From positions 1 to 64,000 of the forward strand of contig CBDCXV010000009.1 of assembly GCA_965223905.1 (NCBI GenBank): DNA of 64,000 nt, given 5' to 3'. Below are positions 40,093 to 50,939 of this stretch, one piece after another. The notes under the pieces are model-generated. The model was not told the origin of the DNA and did not search any database. It saw only the letters and a list, made by a program, of their open reading frames with translations. Each line of letters opens with the position of its first letter. Positions within the stretch are counted from its first letter, which is position 1. Origin of the DNA: Candidatus Latescibacterota bacterium. Its GTDB lineage: Bacteria > Latescibacterota > UBA2968 > UBA8231. The translations under genes and the position numbers were made by a program.

Positions 40093-41028
40093 CTACGGCA
40101 CCAGTTCGTGCAGGTCCTCTATCCAGCGGTACCCCGGGGCGTCGGCGAGCTTGTACGCCCCTCCCATCACGAAGATGCGCCCGTCCACCAGGGCGGACGC
40201 CATCCAGGCCTTCCTGTCCGCCATGGGGGTTTCGACAGACCAGGAATCGGCGTCGACGTCGTAGATCTCGACCCTGGCGTGGTAGGGCCCGTCGTCTCCG
40301 CCCCAGCCCCCGAAGGTGTAGATCCTGCGGCCGACGGCGAGCACCCCCGGATCGCAGCGGCCGGTCGGAATCGGGGCCAGCTCCTCCCATCGGCCGCCGT
40401 CGGGGTCGAGCGCGAACGTGCGCCTGTTCACGCCCCCTTCCGGCCCGCCGATGCCGGCGGAGACGTAGATGCGGCCGCCGACGGCAGCAACCGCGGGACC
40501 CTGCAGACCTAGCGGCAGGGGAACACCCGGCGACCAGTGGCCGGTTGCCGCATCGAACACCTCGACGCGGTCGAGATGGGCGCCGCCGCTGCCGCTCTCG
40601 TTGTTCATGGAGTTGCCGCCGATGGCGTAGATCCTGCCGTCGCAGACGGTGGCGACCAGGCCGGCTCGAGGTTCGCTCAAGGATTCGACTGCGGACCAGG
40701 TGCCGGCGGCCAGATCTAGGCGCTCGACGCTGTCGCGGATCTCGAAGTGGCGCTCGTCCCCGGTTCGCCGCTTCTCCTCGTCGGGACGGACCCGCTTGCC
40801 GCCGATCGCGTAGATGGCGCCGTTCACCAGTCCGGCGCCGAACCACCCCCGCGCTGTCGGAATCGGCGGGCCGCTCTCCCAGCTGTCGCTTTGCGGGTCG
40901 TAGATTTCTACGGCGTGCACGGTTTCGTCTCCGGCGCCGGAGACCGCGTAGATCTTCGAGCCGACGGTTATCGCCTGCAGGTCGTGCCGCGGCGTCGGCA
41001 TCGGTTGCCGCTGTATCCATTGCCCCAT
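40093..41028 (-). CDS. Kelch-repeat beta-propeller protein
   Basis: Six repeats of P.PR...IY..GG...VE.YD...W; AGAGGAGG RBS. Confidence 0.92.
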   Translation of the reverse strand: MGQWIQRQPMPTPRHDLQAITVGSKIYAVSGAGDETVHAVEIYDPQSDSWESGPPIPTARGWFGAGLVNGAIYAIGGKRVRPDEEKRRTGDERHFEIRDSVERLDLAAGTWSAVESLSEPRAGLVATVCDGRIYAIGGNSMNNESGSGGAHLDRVEVFDAATGHWSPGVPLPLGLQGPAVAAVGGRIYVSAGIGGPEGGVNRRTFALDPDGGRWEELAPIPTGRCDPGVLAVGRRIYTFGGWGGDDGPYHARVEIYDVDADSWSVETPMADRKAWMASALVDGRIFVMGGAYKLADAPGYRWIEDLHELVP

Positions 41029-41198
41029 CCTGTCTATCCTCCTCTGTTGTCGTGGCCCCAAAACAGCGACCTCGATGCCTTGCGGACAAGCTGCCCCGAA
41101 GTTCGGACGGCAGGCACTGTCGCGTCCCACGGGTAACTTCAAAAATTCCCGGCGCTGATGCGCCTTGGACGCGACGGTACATCAGCGGAGAGAATCGA

Positions 41199-42875
41199 AT
41201 GCCCACGATGACCGGCGCCCAGGTTATGGCCGACATGCTGAAAGGGTACGGCCTCAGCCATCTGTTCATGGTGCCCGCGGTGCTGCGGCGGACCATGGTC
41301 GAACTGGAGCGCCGCACCGGCATCAAGCGTCTGCACGTCCACTCGGAGAAATCGGCTGCCTACATGGCCGACGGCTACGCCCGCGCCACCCGGCGTCCGG
41401 GGGTCTGCATGGCCCAGGTGATCGGCGCCCTCAACCTCGCAGCCGGCCTGCGGGACGCGCATCTCGCCCACTCTCCGGTCATCGCCATGACGGGGGGCCG
41501 CGATCCGCAGACCAAGTTTCGCGGAGTGTACCAGGAGGTCGACGACCTCCCCGCTTTCGAGCCGGTGACCAAATTCAACGCCACCGTCGACGCCGTGGAG
41601 CGCTTTCCCGACATGATCCGCCAGGCGTTTCGCGCCGCCACCTCCGGCACGCCCGGTCCGGTGCACCTGCAATTCCGGGGAAACGAGGGCCAGATCGACG
41701 CCGAGCACGCAGACATGGAGGCGTGGTGCGAACCGGGTTTCGCCCAATTGCCGCCGTTTCGGCCCGAGCCTGGCGATGAGGAGGCCCGAGCTGCGCTGGC
41801 GCTGTTGGAAGCGGCGCAGCGGCCCGTCATCGTCGCCGGCGGCGGAGTGCGCGCATCGGGGGCAGCCCCCGAACTGGTTGCCCTGGCAGAATGCCTCAAC
41901 ATCCCGGTCGCCACCTCTCTTAACGGCAAGGACGTCATCCCCGGATTCCACCCCCTGTCCGTCGGAGTGGTAGGCACCTATTCGCGGGAATGCGCCAACC
42001 AGGTGGTCAACCAGGCGGATCTGGTCTGTTTCATCGGAACCACCGCAGGCGGCATGCCCACCCACTTCTGGCAGGTTCCGCCGCCCGGAGTGCCGGCGAT
42101 CCACATCGACATCGAAGCGCAGATCATCGGCCGCAACTACCCTCTGCAGGCCGCGGTTCAGGCCGATGCAAAGGCGGCCCTGACACGGATGCTGGCGCTG
42201 GCGGACTCCCACTCGGCGCCGCGGCGGGCAGCCTGGGTCGGGCGCGCCGGGCGCAATCGTCGGCGAGTGGCGCGGCAGGTACGGCGGCCTGCTGGGATCG
42301 GACGCCGTCCCGATGCGGCCCGAACGGATCTGCAAGGAGCTGACCGACCACCTGCCGGGCGATGCCATCGTCGTCGCCGACACCGGGCACGGCGGCATGT
42401 GGATGGGCGGCATGTTCGATCTGCGCACGCCGGGCCAGAGCTACATGCGCAGCGCCGGCCATCTCGGATGGGCCTTCCCGGCGGCGCTCGGGGCCAGGTG
42501 CGGGGCTCCCGAACGGCCGGTATTCTGCTTTACCGGTGACGCCGGTTTCTGGTACCACATCGCCGAGGTCGAGACCGCGGCGCGCTGGGGAATCGACGCC
42601 GTCATCCTGGTGAACAACAACAGCTCGGGCAACCAGTCGAAGCGCGGCTTCGACCGGGTTTACGATGGCGAGCAGACCGAGGATGGGCTGCGCCTGTGGC
42701 AGTTTACGGACGTCGACTTCGCCGAAATTGCCGAAAACATGGGCGCCGTGGGTATCCGGGTGGAAAAACCCCGGAGCTGCCCGGTGCCCTCGAGCGCGCC
42801 TTTGCCGCCAGACGCCCCGTCATCATCGATGCCGTCTCGGACATCGATGCGATGGCGCCCCTGGCGGTGACCTAG
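41199..42875 (+). CDS. ThDP-dependent enzyme, frameshifted at ~42250 and ~42770 (probable consensus errors)
   Basis: HSEKSAAYMADGYAR, GPVHL, GDAGFWY...NN; both shifts lie in homopolymer runs. Confidence 0.75.
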
Positions 42876-44629
42876 CGCCTACGCGAGGCGTTGAGAGAAC
42901 CTCGGGCAATCTCCGGCGCAGCTGTCGGCGATGCTTTCAACCAGGAGTCGCGAACTTCCCCGGGCCGCTTTCCCGCAGGCAGCCTACCCGAAGTTGGCGA
43001 AGCCGTCCGGGGTCGCACCTCGACGACGGTGACTACCCCGGAATGAAGGGCGGTTTCGAGCGCCGCTCCCAGCTCGGCAAGCGAGCCTACCCGCAGGCCG
43101 CGGGCGCCGTAGGCTTCGGCCAGCCCGGGGAAGTCCGGGTTGCGCAGGTCGCTTGCGATGTAGCGTCCGTCACGGGCCTGTTGGTACTGGCGCAGCAGTC
43201 CCCAGGCGTTGTCGTTGAACAGCAGGATCACCGGATCGAGTCCGTACTGAACGCAGGTTCCCAGCTCCTGGATGTTGAACTGGAAGCCCCCGTCCCCGGT
43301 GATGCAGACGACCTGGCGGTCCGGGGCACCCGCCTTGGCCCCGGCCGCGGCAGGCAGCCCGAAACCCAGCCCTCCCCAGGCCGGCGTCATCCAGGTCCGC
43401 TGCCCGTAGGCGTCGAGACAGTAGTTGGCGCCGCGGTGGTTGCAGATGCCGACGTCGCCGGTGAAGATCGCGTCCCTCGCCGCGGCCCCGCGGATGGTCT
43501 CCATGATGCCGGTTTCGCACGGCATGGTCCGCCGCTTGAATGCCCTGATCTCGTCCCTGACCCGCTCGACCTCGGCGGCGAACCCGGGGTCGGGCCGCAG
43601 TGAAGGGCCGGCGACCGCGTCGTAGAGCTGCCGGAGCACGGTTCCCGCGTCGCCGACCAGCTTCACGGAGGTGTCGTACCACTTTCCCATCGGCTCGGGA
43701 TCGATGTCGAGGTGGATCAGGTTGGCCGGCTGCTCGAGCCCCTGCGATTTCACCCGGAACCAGGAGAGGCTCGAGCCGACGGCGAGGAGCGTGTCGAGGG
43801 AGTTGGCGAAAGTCTGCCGCGGATCCTCGTGGCCGCCCGGCGGGAAGTCGTACTCGCCGCCGTACATGCCCAGGCTCAGGGGATGGTCCTCGGGGATCGA
43901 CCCCTTGCCGTTGGCGGTGGTGAACACCGGGAGCCCCAGCCTCTCCACCAGGCGCCGCAACTCCTCCGCGGCGCCGGAGCGGTGAACGCCGGTGCCTGCC
44001 AGGACGCCGGCGCGTCCGCCGGACCGCAGCAGGGCAGCCGCATCTTCGACCAGGGCCGGGTCAGCCGCCGGAGCCGGAACCTTTGCCGCCTCGGGGATCT
44101 CGACTTCGGCCGTCTGCCCCTGGACGTCTACGGGGATCTGGATGGCGACCGGCCGCGGCCGCGCGCCTGAAAACAGCTCGAAGGCCTCGCTTACCCGCGC
44201 AGGCACTTCCTCGGGGCGGTTGACGTGAAAGGCGGTCCGGGTGACCGACCAGAGCATGCCGAGCTGGTCCCTGGTCTCGTGGATCGTGCCCAACCCGCGC
44301 TCGTAGAGCTCTTCCTCGGCAGTGCTCGTTACGCTCAGGACGGGGGAGGAGGCGAAGTAGGCTTCCCCCAGGCCGCCCATGGAGTTGGCGGCTCCCGGAC
44401 CGGTGCTGGTCAGGCAGACCCCAGGCTTCCCGCTCACCCGGGCGTACCCGTCCGCCATCATCGCCGCGGCGTGCTCGTGGCGGGCGCTTATGAAGCGGAT
44501 GTCGTGGCGGTAGTCGTAAAGGGCGTCGAAGATCTCCATGGTGTGGCTGGAGATGATCCCGAAGATCGTGTCGACCCCGTGGGCCCGCAGCGACTCGATC
44601 AGGGCCCGCGCCGCGGAAATCCTATTCAT
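42872..44629 (-). CDS. ThDP-dependent enzyme; true stop probably ~42985 after a 1-nt shift near 43015
   Basis: RHEHAAAMMADGYAR, TSTGPGAAN, GDGGFQF...FND. Confidence 0.88.
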   Translation of the reverse strand: MNRISAARALIESLRAHGVDTIFGIISSHTMEIFDALYDYRHDIRFISARHEHAAAMMADGYARVSGKPGVCLTSTGPGAANSMGGLGEAYFASSPVLSVTSTAEEELYERGLGTIHETRDQLGMLWSVTRTAFHVNRPEEVPARVSEAFELFSGARPRPVAIQIPVDVQGQTAEVEIPEAAKVPAPAADPALVEDAAALLRSGGRAGVLAGTGVHRSGAAEELRRLVERLGLPVFTTANGKGSIPEDHPLSLGMYGGEYDFPPGGHEDPRQTFANSLDTLLAVGSSLSWFRVKSQGLEQPANLIHLDIDPEPMGKWYDTSVKLVGDAGTVLRQLYDAVAGPSLRPDPGFAAEVERVRDEIRAFKRRTMPCETGIMETIRGAAARDAIFTGDVGICNHRGANYCLDAYGQRTWMTPAWGGLGFGLPAAAGAKAGAPDRQVVCITGDGGFQFNIQELGTCVQYGLDPVILLFNDNAWGLLRQYQQARDGRYIASDLRNPDFPGLAEAYGARGLRVGSLAELGAALETALHSGVVTVVEVRPRTASPTSGRLPAGKRPGEVRDSWLKASPTAAPEIARGSLNASRRR

Positions 44630-45450
44630 TACAAGGTCCTTCGCCGCTCCCCTCGGGCCATACGGTCACCCGAGGTGAACGGGATGTCGGCGTTGATGAG
44701 CGGCCTCCCCCCGAGCGGGTGCGGAAGTTGTCTTCTCCTGGAGGTTGCTGAACAGGGAGGCCGGAGACAGTCTGATGTTCGGACATCTCGAGATCATGAA
44801 AGAGGAAGAAAACCGACCAGAACATATAGTCAGTCCGGAAAAACCGGAAAATGGAATCCATCCGGCAAGGATTTCGGCCATACTGAGCTGCGGCGCGATA
44901 TCGCCGTGGGTACCCGGGAAGCCGTGGGACTGGAAATCCCCTTCGGCATGTAATCGTCAAGACGCGTTCGCCGGCGGTATCCCAGCAGGTTCCGGAAGAC
45001 AGCGTCGTACGTGAAAAAGTTATAGAAACAACAATTGAGGAGAACTGTTAAAAAATCCCCATTTTTTCTGTTTGTCGGGTACTTGGAGAACAACAACAGT
45101 GAGGAATCAGATATCATTGCCCGCGGCGACCTGATTGCTTTTCGGCGCATGTAAAAATGTAAGAGTTGAATTTAAGCATAGGCAGGAAGACTCTTACTGA
45201 TGAACACCGGCGTTGCGCCGGCAGGACCAATTCCTCGCTACGGGCTCCTATTCGCAGCCGTGTTACACTGGATGTTGAGCAACCGACCTTCGAGATCTAC
45301 TTTAAAAACCTGCCTGCGGAAGGGCAAAATGGCGGGAAACTGCCATTTCACGATTAGGTCCTACATAATGGGGACTTTTCAAAAGGAGAAAAAATGCACC
45401 CTTCCACCCCCATCCTGAATCGGTGCCTGCAGTTTCTTCACCGAAAACTC

Positions 45451-46359
45451 ATGCTCCGGCTGATCCACCTTGTCACCGTCGCCCTCGTTGCTGCTCTTTT
45501 GCCCCAGGCCGCCGATGCGGGAGCCTGGACGCTTGGAAAGGGGAACCTGTGGAGCAAAGTCACCTTCCTGTCGCAGACGACCGACGAACACTACGACGGT
45601 GAGGGAAGTGCGGTTAAAATGCCCTTGGATGCCCGCTACCAGACCCGGCAGGTCTTTTTCGACATGTTTTACGGCGTCAAGGACGGGATCGATCTCGGCC
45701 TGCAGATCCCGTTGGTCCGCAACAAGTTCGTCGACAAGGACGACGGCAACGATGTGGCGACTCCGCCCCCGGCCCTGGAAACGGAATCCGGTCTGTCCGA
45801 CCTGCGCGGATACGCCAAGTTCAAGCTCCTGGACCAGTCCCAGCTCGTCGGCACGCTGAAACTGGGATTCAAGACCCCGATAGGCGAGTACCGCCCGGTG
45901 CCCGAGGCTCTATCAGTTACCGATGGTCAGTGGGACTTCGAGGTCGTCGGGCAGATCGGCCGCTCCTTCTGGCCCATCCCCGTGTACACCAACTTCGACC
46001 TCGGGTACCGGATGCGCGGTGAATACAAGGACACCGACGGCGTCGAGCCGGACCGCAGCTATACTCCCGGCCCCGAGCTTGTTTTCAACGCCGAGGCGGG
46101 CTACAGCCCGATGGACAGGCTCCTCGTCGCCCTCAAGTTCGAAGGCCTCTCCGGAGCGAAGTACGATGCCCTGAGCAACCCGGGAGAACCGGAGAAGCTC
46201 AGCCAGAGCGTCACCTACCTGGCGCCGACGGTGCTGGTCGATCTCAATCCCGACCTGAGTATCGAGGCCTCGGCGCGCATGACCGCCAGCGGCAACCGGT
46301 ATTTCGCCGGGCCGACCTGGACGGTCGGGCTTTCCTACACGGGAACCCTGGTGGAGTAG
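45451..46359 (+). CDS. Secreted, probable outer-membrane beta-barrel protein (alternative start 45394)
   Basis: Signal peptide ending AADA-GAW, alternating beta-strands, GLSDL, C-terminal VGLSY. Confidence 0.7.
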   Translation: MLRLIHLVTVALVAALLPQAADAGAWTLGKGNLWSKVTFLSQTTDEHYDGEGSAVKMPLDARYQTRQVFFDMFYGVKDGIDLGLQIPLVRNKFVDKDDGNDVATPPPALETESGLSDLRGYAKFKLLDQSQLVGTLKLGFKTPIGEYRPVPEALSVTDGQWDFEVVGQIGRSFWPIPVYTNFDLGYRMRGEYKDTDGVEPDRSYTPGPELVFNAEAGYSPMDRLLVALKFEGLSGAKYDALSNPGEPEKLSQSVTYLAPTVLVDLNPDLSIEASARMTASGNRYFAGPTWTVGLSYTGTLVE

Positions 46360-46824
46360 CTGCATCACCAGGGGAACTCCCCGTCCAATTCCATCAGATA
46401 CAGGTAGACATCTGCCAGCGCAGGGGAGGGGCTTTCCGGCTTCCTCCCCTGCCCCAGTTGGTCTGCACGCGCTTTTCGGCCCGGCGGTGCGGATCTGCTG
46501 GCTGAAATCGAACTCGAAGCTGCTGTTCGCCAGCAGGTTGTCTGGCATCGTCGGTCTCCGGTGGAATTGGGTTGGAGGGGGGCCGCGGTACCGGGAGAGG
46601 TCGCGGCCGGCCTGTGGGAGGAGGGCGTCCGAAGCGGCATGTTTTCGCCCCCCGGAGGTGCTCGGGCTCCGGCCCGTCAGGTAGCGCTGCGGGCCTGCGA
46701 TCCTGCTTGACCCTCTTTCGAGAGGGGGCGTATAATCAGGCCGCTTCCCCGAGTGATCACCGTGCCCCTGCAGCGGATTCGAGGGGCACGAATCCGTTCC
46801 ACGCAGAAGAAGAAGGCGAGACAA

Positions 46825-48033
46825 ATGGCAAAGCAGTTCAGCGTCCGCGCGGTGCGCTGCGACCACCGCGCCTCCGACGAAGAGGTATACCAGGCGCTCG
46901 CACGGGCGACCGCTCCGCTGGGGCGGTCCTGGGAAAAGTTGGAGAAGGCGGGGCGGATCGCCCTCAAGTTCAACATGATGCACACCGACGTCGAGCATTT
47001 CGAAGGGCGCCGCCGCGAGCTCGTCGACGATGCCGTCGCCCGCGCCGTGCTCAGGCTGCTGCGCGAGCGCACCTCCGCCGACCTGGTGGCCAGCGACACG
47101 CACGGGTACGACGCCGAGGGCAAGCGGACCGACGGCCTCAACTACCTGGAGCTGCTGCAGGAGTTCGGCGTCGAGTACGACGAGTCGACGCTGGCCCCGT
47201 TCGCCGAGTACCAGGTCCCGGGCGGCGGCTTCATGTTCGACCGCTACACCCTGAGCAGCTGCTGGCGGGATGCGGACGAAGCGGTGTCGGTCGCCAAGAT
47301 GAAGAACCACGGGTTCATGGGCGTGACCCTGTGCATGAAGAACCTGTTCGGGATCACCCCGACCATTCCCCCCGAAGGCCGCGTGCGCACCTACTTCCAC
47401 CACGCCATCCGGCTCTCCTACGTGCTCCCCGACCTGGCGCGCATCACCGATCCGGCGCTCAACATCGTCGACGCCACCACCGGCCAGTGGGGGTGCGAAT
47501 GGGGCGGCGAGGGCCGCGTCGGCAACGCCCTGGTCGCCGGGGACCAGATCGTCGCCACCGATGCCGTCGGCGCCCACCTGATGGGGCACGACCCGGCATC
47601 GGACTGGCCGACGCCCCCGTTCCGCCGCGACCGCAACCACCTGCTGGTAGCGGCCCAGGGTGGGTTCGGCACCGTCGACCTCGACGCCATCGACCTCGAG
47701 AGCGAGGTGGAGGCGCCGCTGAACGAGTTCGACTCCATCGAACAGGAATCCCCCGAGCGTATGGCCTCGGTGCGCAGCAGCGCCTGCGAGCAGGGCCTGT
47801 TCTACCGCGACCGCATGAAGGAGATGACGGACCGCTACGCCGGGGAGTTCATCTATTTGCAGGACGGCGAGGTCAAGTGGAACGGGCCGGACCCGGCCCA
47901 CATCGGCAGCCACCGCAGCTTCGCCGGCTCCAGGCCCGGCAGCGCCCTGTTCCTCAAGAAAGTCGATCGGGAAGAGCGCGAGGGAGAGCGGTTCGAGGTG
48001 TATGAAAACTGCCTGCGGCTGATGCGGGCCTGA
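46825..48033 (+). CDS. DUF362-family protein
   Basis: LKFN, SVAKMKNH..GVTLCMKNLFG, IVDA...GCEW, VATDAVG..LMG.DP. Confidence 0.8.
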   Translation: MAKQFSVRAVRCDHRASDEEVYQALARATAPLGRSWEKLEKAGRIALKFNMMHTDVEHFEGRRRELVDDAVARAVLRLLRERTSADLVASDTHGYDAEGKRTDGLNYLELLQEFGVEYDESTLAPFAEYQVPGGGFMFDRYTLSSCWRDADEAVSVAKMKNHGFMGVTLCMKNLFGITPTIPPEGRVRTYFHHAIRLSYVLPDLARITDPALNIVDATTGQWGCEWGGEGRVGNALVAGDQIVATDAVGAHLMGHDPASDWPTPPFRRDRNHLLVAAQGGFGTVDLDAIDLESEVEAPLNEFDSIEQESPERMASVRSSACEQGLFYRDRMKEMTDRYAGEFIYLQDGEVKWNGPDPAHIGSHRSFAGSRPGSALFLKKVDREEREGERFEVYENCLRLMRA

Positions 48034-48053
48034 TCGCGGAAAGAGAGACACGG

Positions 48054-49037
48054 ATGTACATCGGGACCCAGTTTCACTGCCGCCACGACACCGACATCGA
48101 GATCCTCGCCCAGCTCGGGGTCAGGAACGTCGACCAGACGCCGACCGAACCCTGGGAGGAGTGGACGGCCGACACGCTCGTGCGGCTGCGCGAGCGCTTC
48201 GACAGGCACGGCATCAACCTCGAGATGATCCACATCCCCCTCGGTTCGGGCAGCGCCTTCGAGAACGAGGCGGGGGCGATCTTCCTGCCTCCCAGCGACG
48301 AGCGCGAGCGCCAGCTCGACAGGATGTGCGAGACCGTGCGCATGGCCTCGCAGGCGGGGATTCGCGGTCTCAACTACAACATCACCATCCTCGGCCATCT
48401 GCGGACCGAGTCGCGCTACGGGCGCGGCGGGGCGCGGCTGTCGTCGTGGGAGTACGACAAGCTCGACAAGTCGCTGCCGGAGTTCGAAGGGGGCGCCGCG
48501 GACGAGAACGAGATGTACGGGCGCGTCGAGTACTGGCTCGGACGCATCATCCCGGTGGCCGAGGAGTACGAGGTGCAGATGGCCTGTCATCCCTCGGACC
48601 CCGGCATCGGCGTCGGCAACACCTACCGCGGCGTGGCGCGGGTGATGGGGATGGTGGACGGCCTGAAGAAGCTGACCCAGCTCTACGACAGCCCCTACAA
48701 CGGCTTGAACTTCTGCCTCGGCTGCGTCGCCGAGAGCCTGGAGAACCCCGGCGAAGAGGTCTGCGACGTCATTCGCTGGTTCGGCGAGCGCAAGAAGATC
48801 TTCAACCTGCACTTCCGCAACATAAAGGGCGGGCTCGGCAACTTCGTCGAGGTCTTCCCCGACGAAGGGGACGTCGACATGCTCAAGGCCCTGCGCACCT
48901 TCAAGGAAGTGGAGTACGAGTACATGATCATGCCCGACCACGTACCCGGTATTTCGGGAGAGGAAGCGTCGCAGGTCGGTTTCGCCTACACCTACGGATA
49001 CATTCACGCCATGTTGCAGGCGATCAACGAGAACTGA
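48054..49037 (+). CDS. Mannonate dehydratase (UxuA) family
   Basis: ACHPSDP, NFCLGC, LHFRNI, MPDHVP. Confidence 0.87.
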   Translation: MYIGTQFHCRHDTDIEILAQLGVRNVDQTPTEPWEEWTADTLVRLRERFDRHGINLEMIHIPLGSGSAFENEAGAIFLPPSDERERQLDRMCETVRMASQAGIRGLNYNITILGHLRTESRYGRGGARLSSWEYDKLDKSLPEFEGGAADENEMYGRVEYWLGRIIPVAEEYEVQMACHPSDPGIGVGNTYRGVARVMGMVDGLKKLTQLYDSPYNGLNFCLGCVAESLENPGEEVCDVIRWFGERKKIFNLHFRNIKGGLGNFVEVFPDEGDVDMLKALRTFKEVEYEYMIMPDHVPGISGEEASQVGFAYTYGYIHAMLQAINEN

Positions 49038-49069
49038 GGACGGACCGGCGCCGCCTCCGGGAGGAAAAA

Positions 49070-50140
49070 ATGAAAATCGGGAAGTTCATGATGCCGTTGC
49101 ATCCGCCGCAGAAGGACCGCACGGAGACCTTCGAAGAAGACACGGAGTGCGTGCTGTGGGCGGAGGAGCTCGGCTTCAGCGAGGCCTGGATCGGCCAGCA
49201 CCACACCGCCATGTGGGAGCCGATCCCGGCCAACGACCTGTTCATCGCCCACGTGCTGCCGCAGACCCGGACGATCCGCATGGGCACCGGGGTCACCATC
49301 ATGACCCAGCACCACCCGGTCAACGTCGCGGTGCGCCTCGCCTACCTCGACCACCTGTCGCGGGGCCGCATCAACGTCGGCTTCGGGCAGGGGGGCGTGC
49401 CGACGGACTGGGGGCTGTTCGACCTGCCGGATCCCCGCACGCAGGGGCTGATGAACCTCGAGGCGATGGACATCGTCATGAAGCTCTGGACCGAGGAGGG
49501 CCCCTTCGAGTTCAACGGGGATTTCTGGAAGGTCGCCTTGGGGGAGAGGGTTCCGGAGCTCGGCCTCGGAGAGGTGCTCAAGCCGTACCAGAAGCCGCAT
49601 CCGCCGATCGCCATGAGCATCGTCAAGGAGGAGTCGATGGCGGCGACCACTGGCGGCAAGCGCGGATTCCTGCCGATCAGCATCAACCTGGCGCCGCCGC
49701 ACAAGGTCAGGCGCCAGTGGGAGATGTACTGCGACGGTGCCGCCGAAGCCGGACGGCCCGAACCGGACCGCGCCGACTGGCGCGTCTCGCGCAGCATCTG
49801 CGTCGGCGAGACCGATGCCGAGGCCCGCGAGCACGCCCTGAGCGGGGCCTTCGGCGACTCGCTCGTATACCTTCGCGGCATGCTGGAGATCGCCAAAATG
49901 ATCGACCTGCCCAAGAAGGACTCCTCCATGTCCGATGCCGACGTCACCCGGGAGTACATCGTCGATGAAGTCGCCATCGTCGGCAGTCCCGACACGGTGA
50001 CCGCGCGCCTGCAGGAGCTGTACGAGGTCACCGGCGGATTCGGCACGGTGCTGATGATCGGCCACGACTGGGACGACAAGGAGAAGATGAAGCGGTCGAT
50101 GGAGCTGATGGCGAAGGAGGTCGTCCCCCGGCTTCCCTGA
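49070..50140 (+). CDS. Luciferase-like (LLM) flavin-dependent monooxygenase
   Basis: FMMPLHP, AWIGQHHT, LDHLSRGR, PYQKPHPP, IVGSPDTV. Confidence 0.92.
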   Translation: MKIGKFMMPLHPPQKDRTETFEEDTECVLWAEELGFSEAWIGQHHTAMWEPIPANDLFIAHVLPQTRTIRMGTGVTIMTQHHPVNVAVRLAYLDHLSRGRINVGFGQGGVPTDWGLFDLPDPRTQGLMNLEAMDIVMKLWTEEGPFEFNGDFWKVALGERVPELGLGEVLKPYQKPHPPIAMSIVKEESMAATTGGKRGFLPISINLAPPHKVRRQWEMYCDGAAEAGRPEPDRADWRVSRSICVGETDAEAREHALSGAFGDSLVYLRGMLEIAKMIDLPKKDSSMSDADVTREYIVDEVAIVGSPDTVTARLQELYEVTGGFGTVLMIGHDWDDKEKMKRSMELMAKEVVPRLP

Positions 50141-50186
50141 GGGCCGCCGGAGCCGCGGCGCTTCGGCGACAACGGAAGAAGCAGCG

Positions 50187-50939
50187 ATGAACCGGGAACT
50201 GCTGGACGCCGCCGACCACCTGCTGACCTACGGATACTGCATCCTCGAGGACCGCCTTCCCGAGGAGAAGACGCGGTCGATGGCCGCCGACTTCCTCGAG
50301 CTGCACGAAGACCCCCGCTACTCGGAATACAACACCGGCGAGAAGCCGTACGAAACCCTGTTCGGCATGCTCAACCACGACGACCGCGTCTGGGACTGCG
50401 CCTTTCACCCCGATACCGTCGCGGTTGCCCGCCACTTCCTCGGCCGCTGCCGCGTCGTCGAGGCCGCCAGCAAGCCGATCTGGCCCGGCTGCAAGGGTCA
50501 GTGGCCCCTGCACGTCGACTCGGCCGGCGATTTCCAGCAGGTGCCGGACGTGCCCTGGATGATCAACTCGATCTGGATGCTGACCGACTTCAGGGCAGCC
50601 AACGGCGCCACCCGGGTCGTGCCGATGAGCCATCGCTCGCGGCTGAAGAGCCCCCCGGCCGACCTCGAGGCCGGCGACCCGGTGATCCGCGACGTCACCG
50701 GCCGCTCCGGCTCGGTGATGATGTGGCACGGCGGCCTGTTTCACGGAGCCGGCGCCAACACCGGCGGGGATATCCGCGTCGGCCTCAACATCGCCTACTA
50801 CCCCCGCTGGATGAACAACTGGGTCGAGGGGGGACACCAGCCGCTCTGGCCCGAGACGTACGAGCGCATGCCCGAGGAGCACCGGGCCCTATGCGTCGGC
50901 AAGTTCGGGCGCCGGAGAGAGGAGGAGTACGAGTTGTGA
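50187..50939 (+). CDS. PhyH-family dioxygenase
   Basis: LHVD, NGATRVVPMSH, FHGAGAN. Confidence 0.9.
   Translation: MNRELLDAADHLLTYGYCILEDRLPEEKTRSMAADFLELHEDPRYSEYNTGEKPYETLFGMLNHDDRVWDCAFHPDTVAVARHFLGRCRVVEAASKPIWPGCKGQWPLHVDSAGDFQQVPDVPWMINSIWMLTDFRAANGATRVVPMSHRSRLKSPPADLEAGDPVIRDVTGRSGSVMMWHGGLFHGAGANTGGDIRVGLNIAYYPRWMNNWVEGGHQPLWPETYERMPEEHRALCVGKFGRRREEEYEL

Noticed and set aside
39927-41198. Long Arg-rich N-terminal extension of ORF 39927-42539 and similar long overlapping ORFs (21466-23217, 45913-48051, 60891-62870)
   Set aside because: GC-rich shadow frames overlapping well-supported genes
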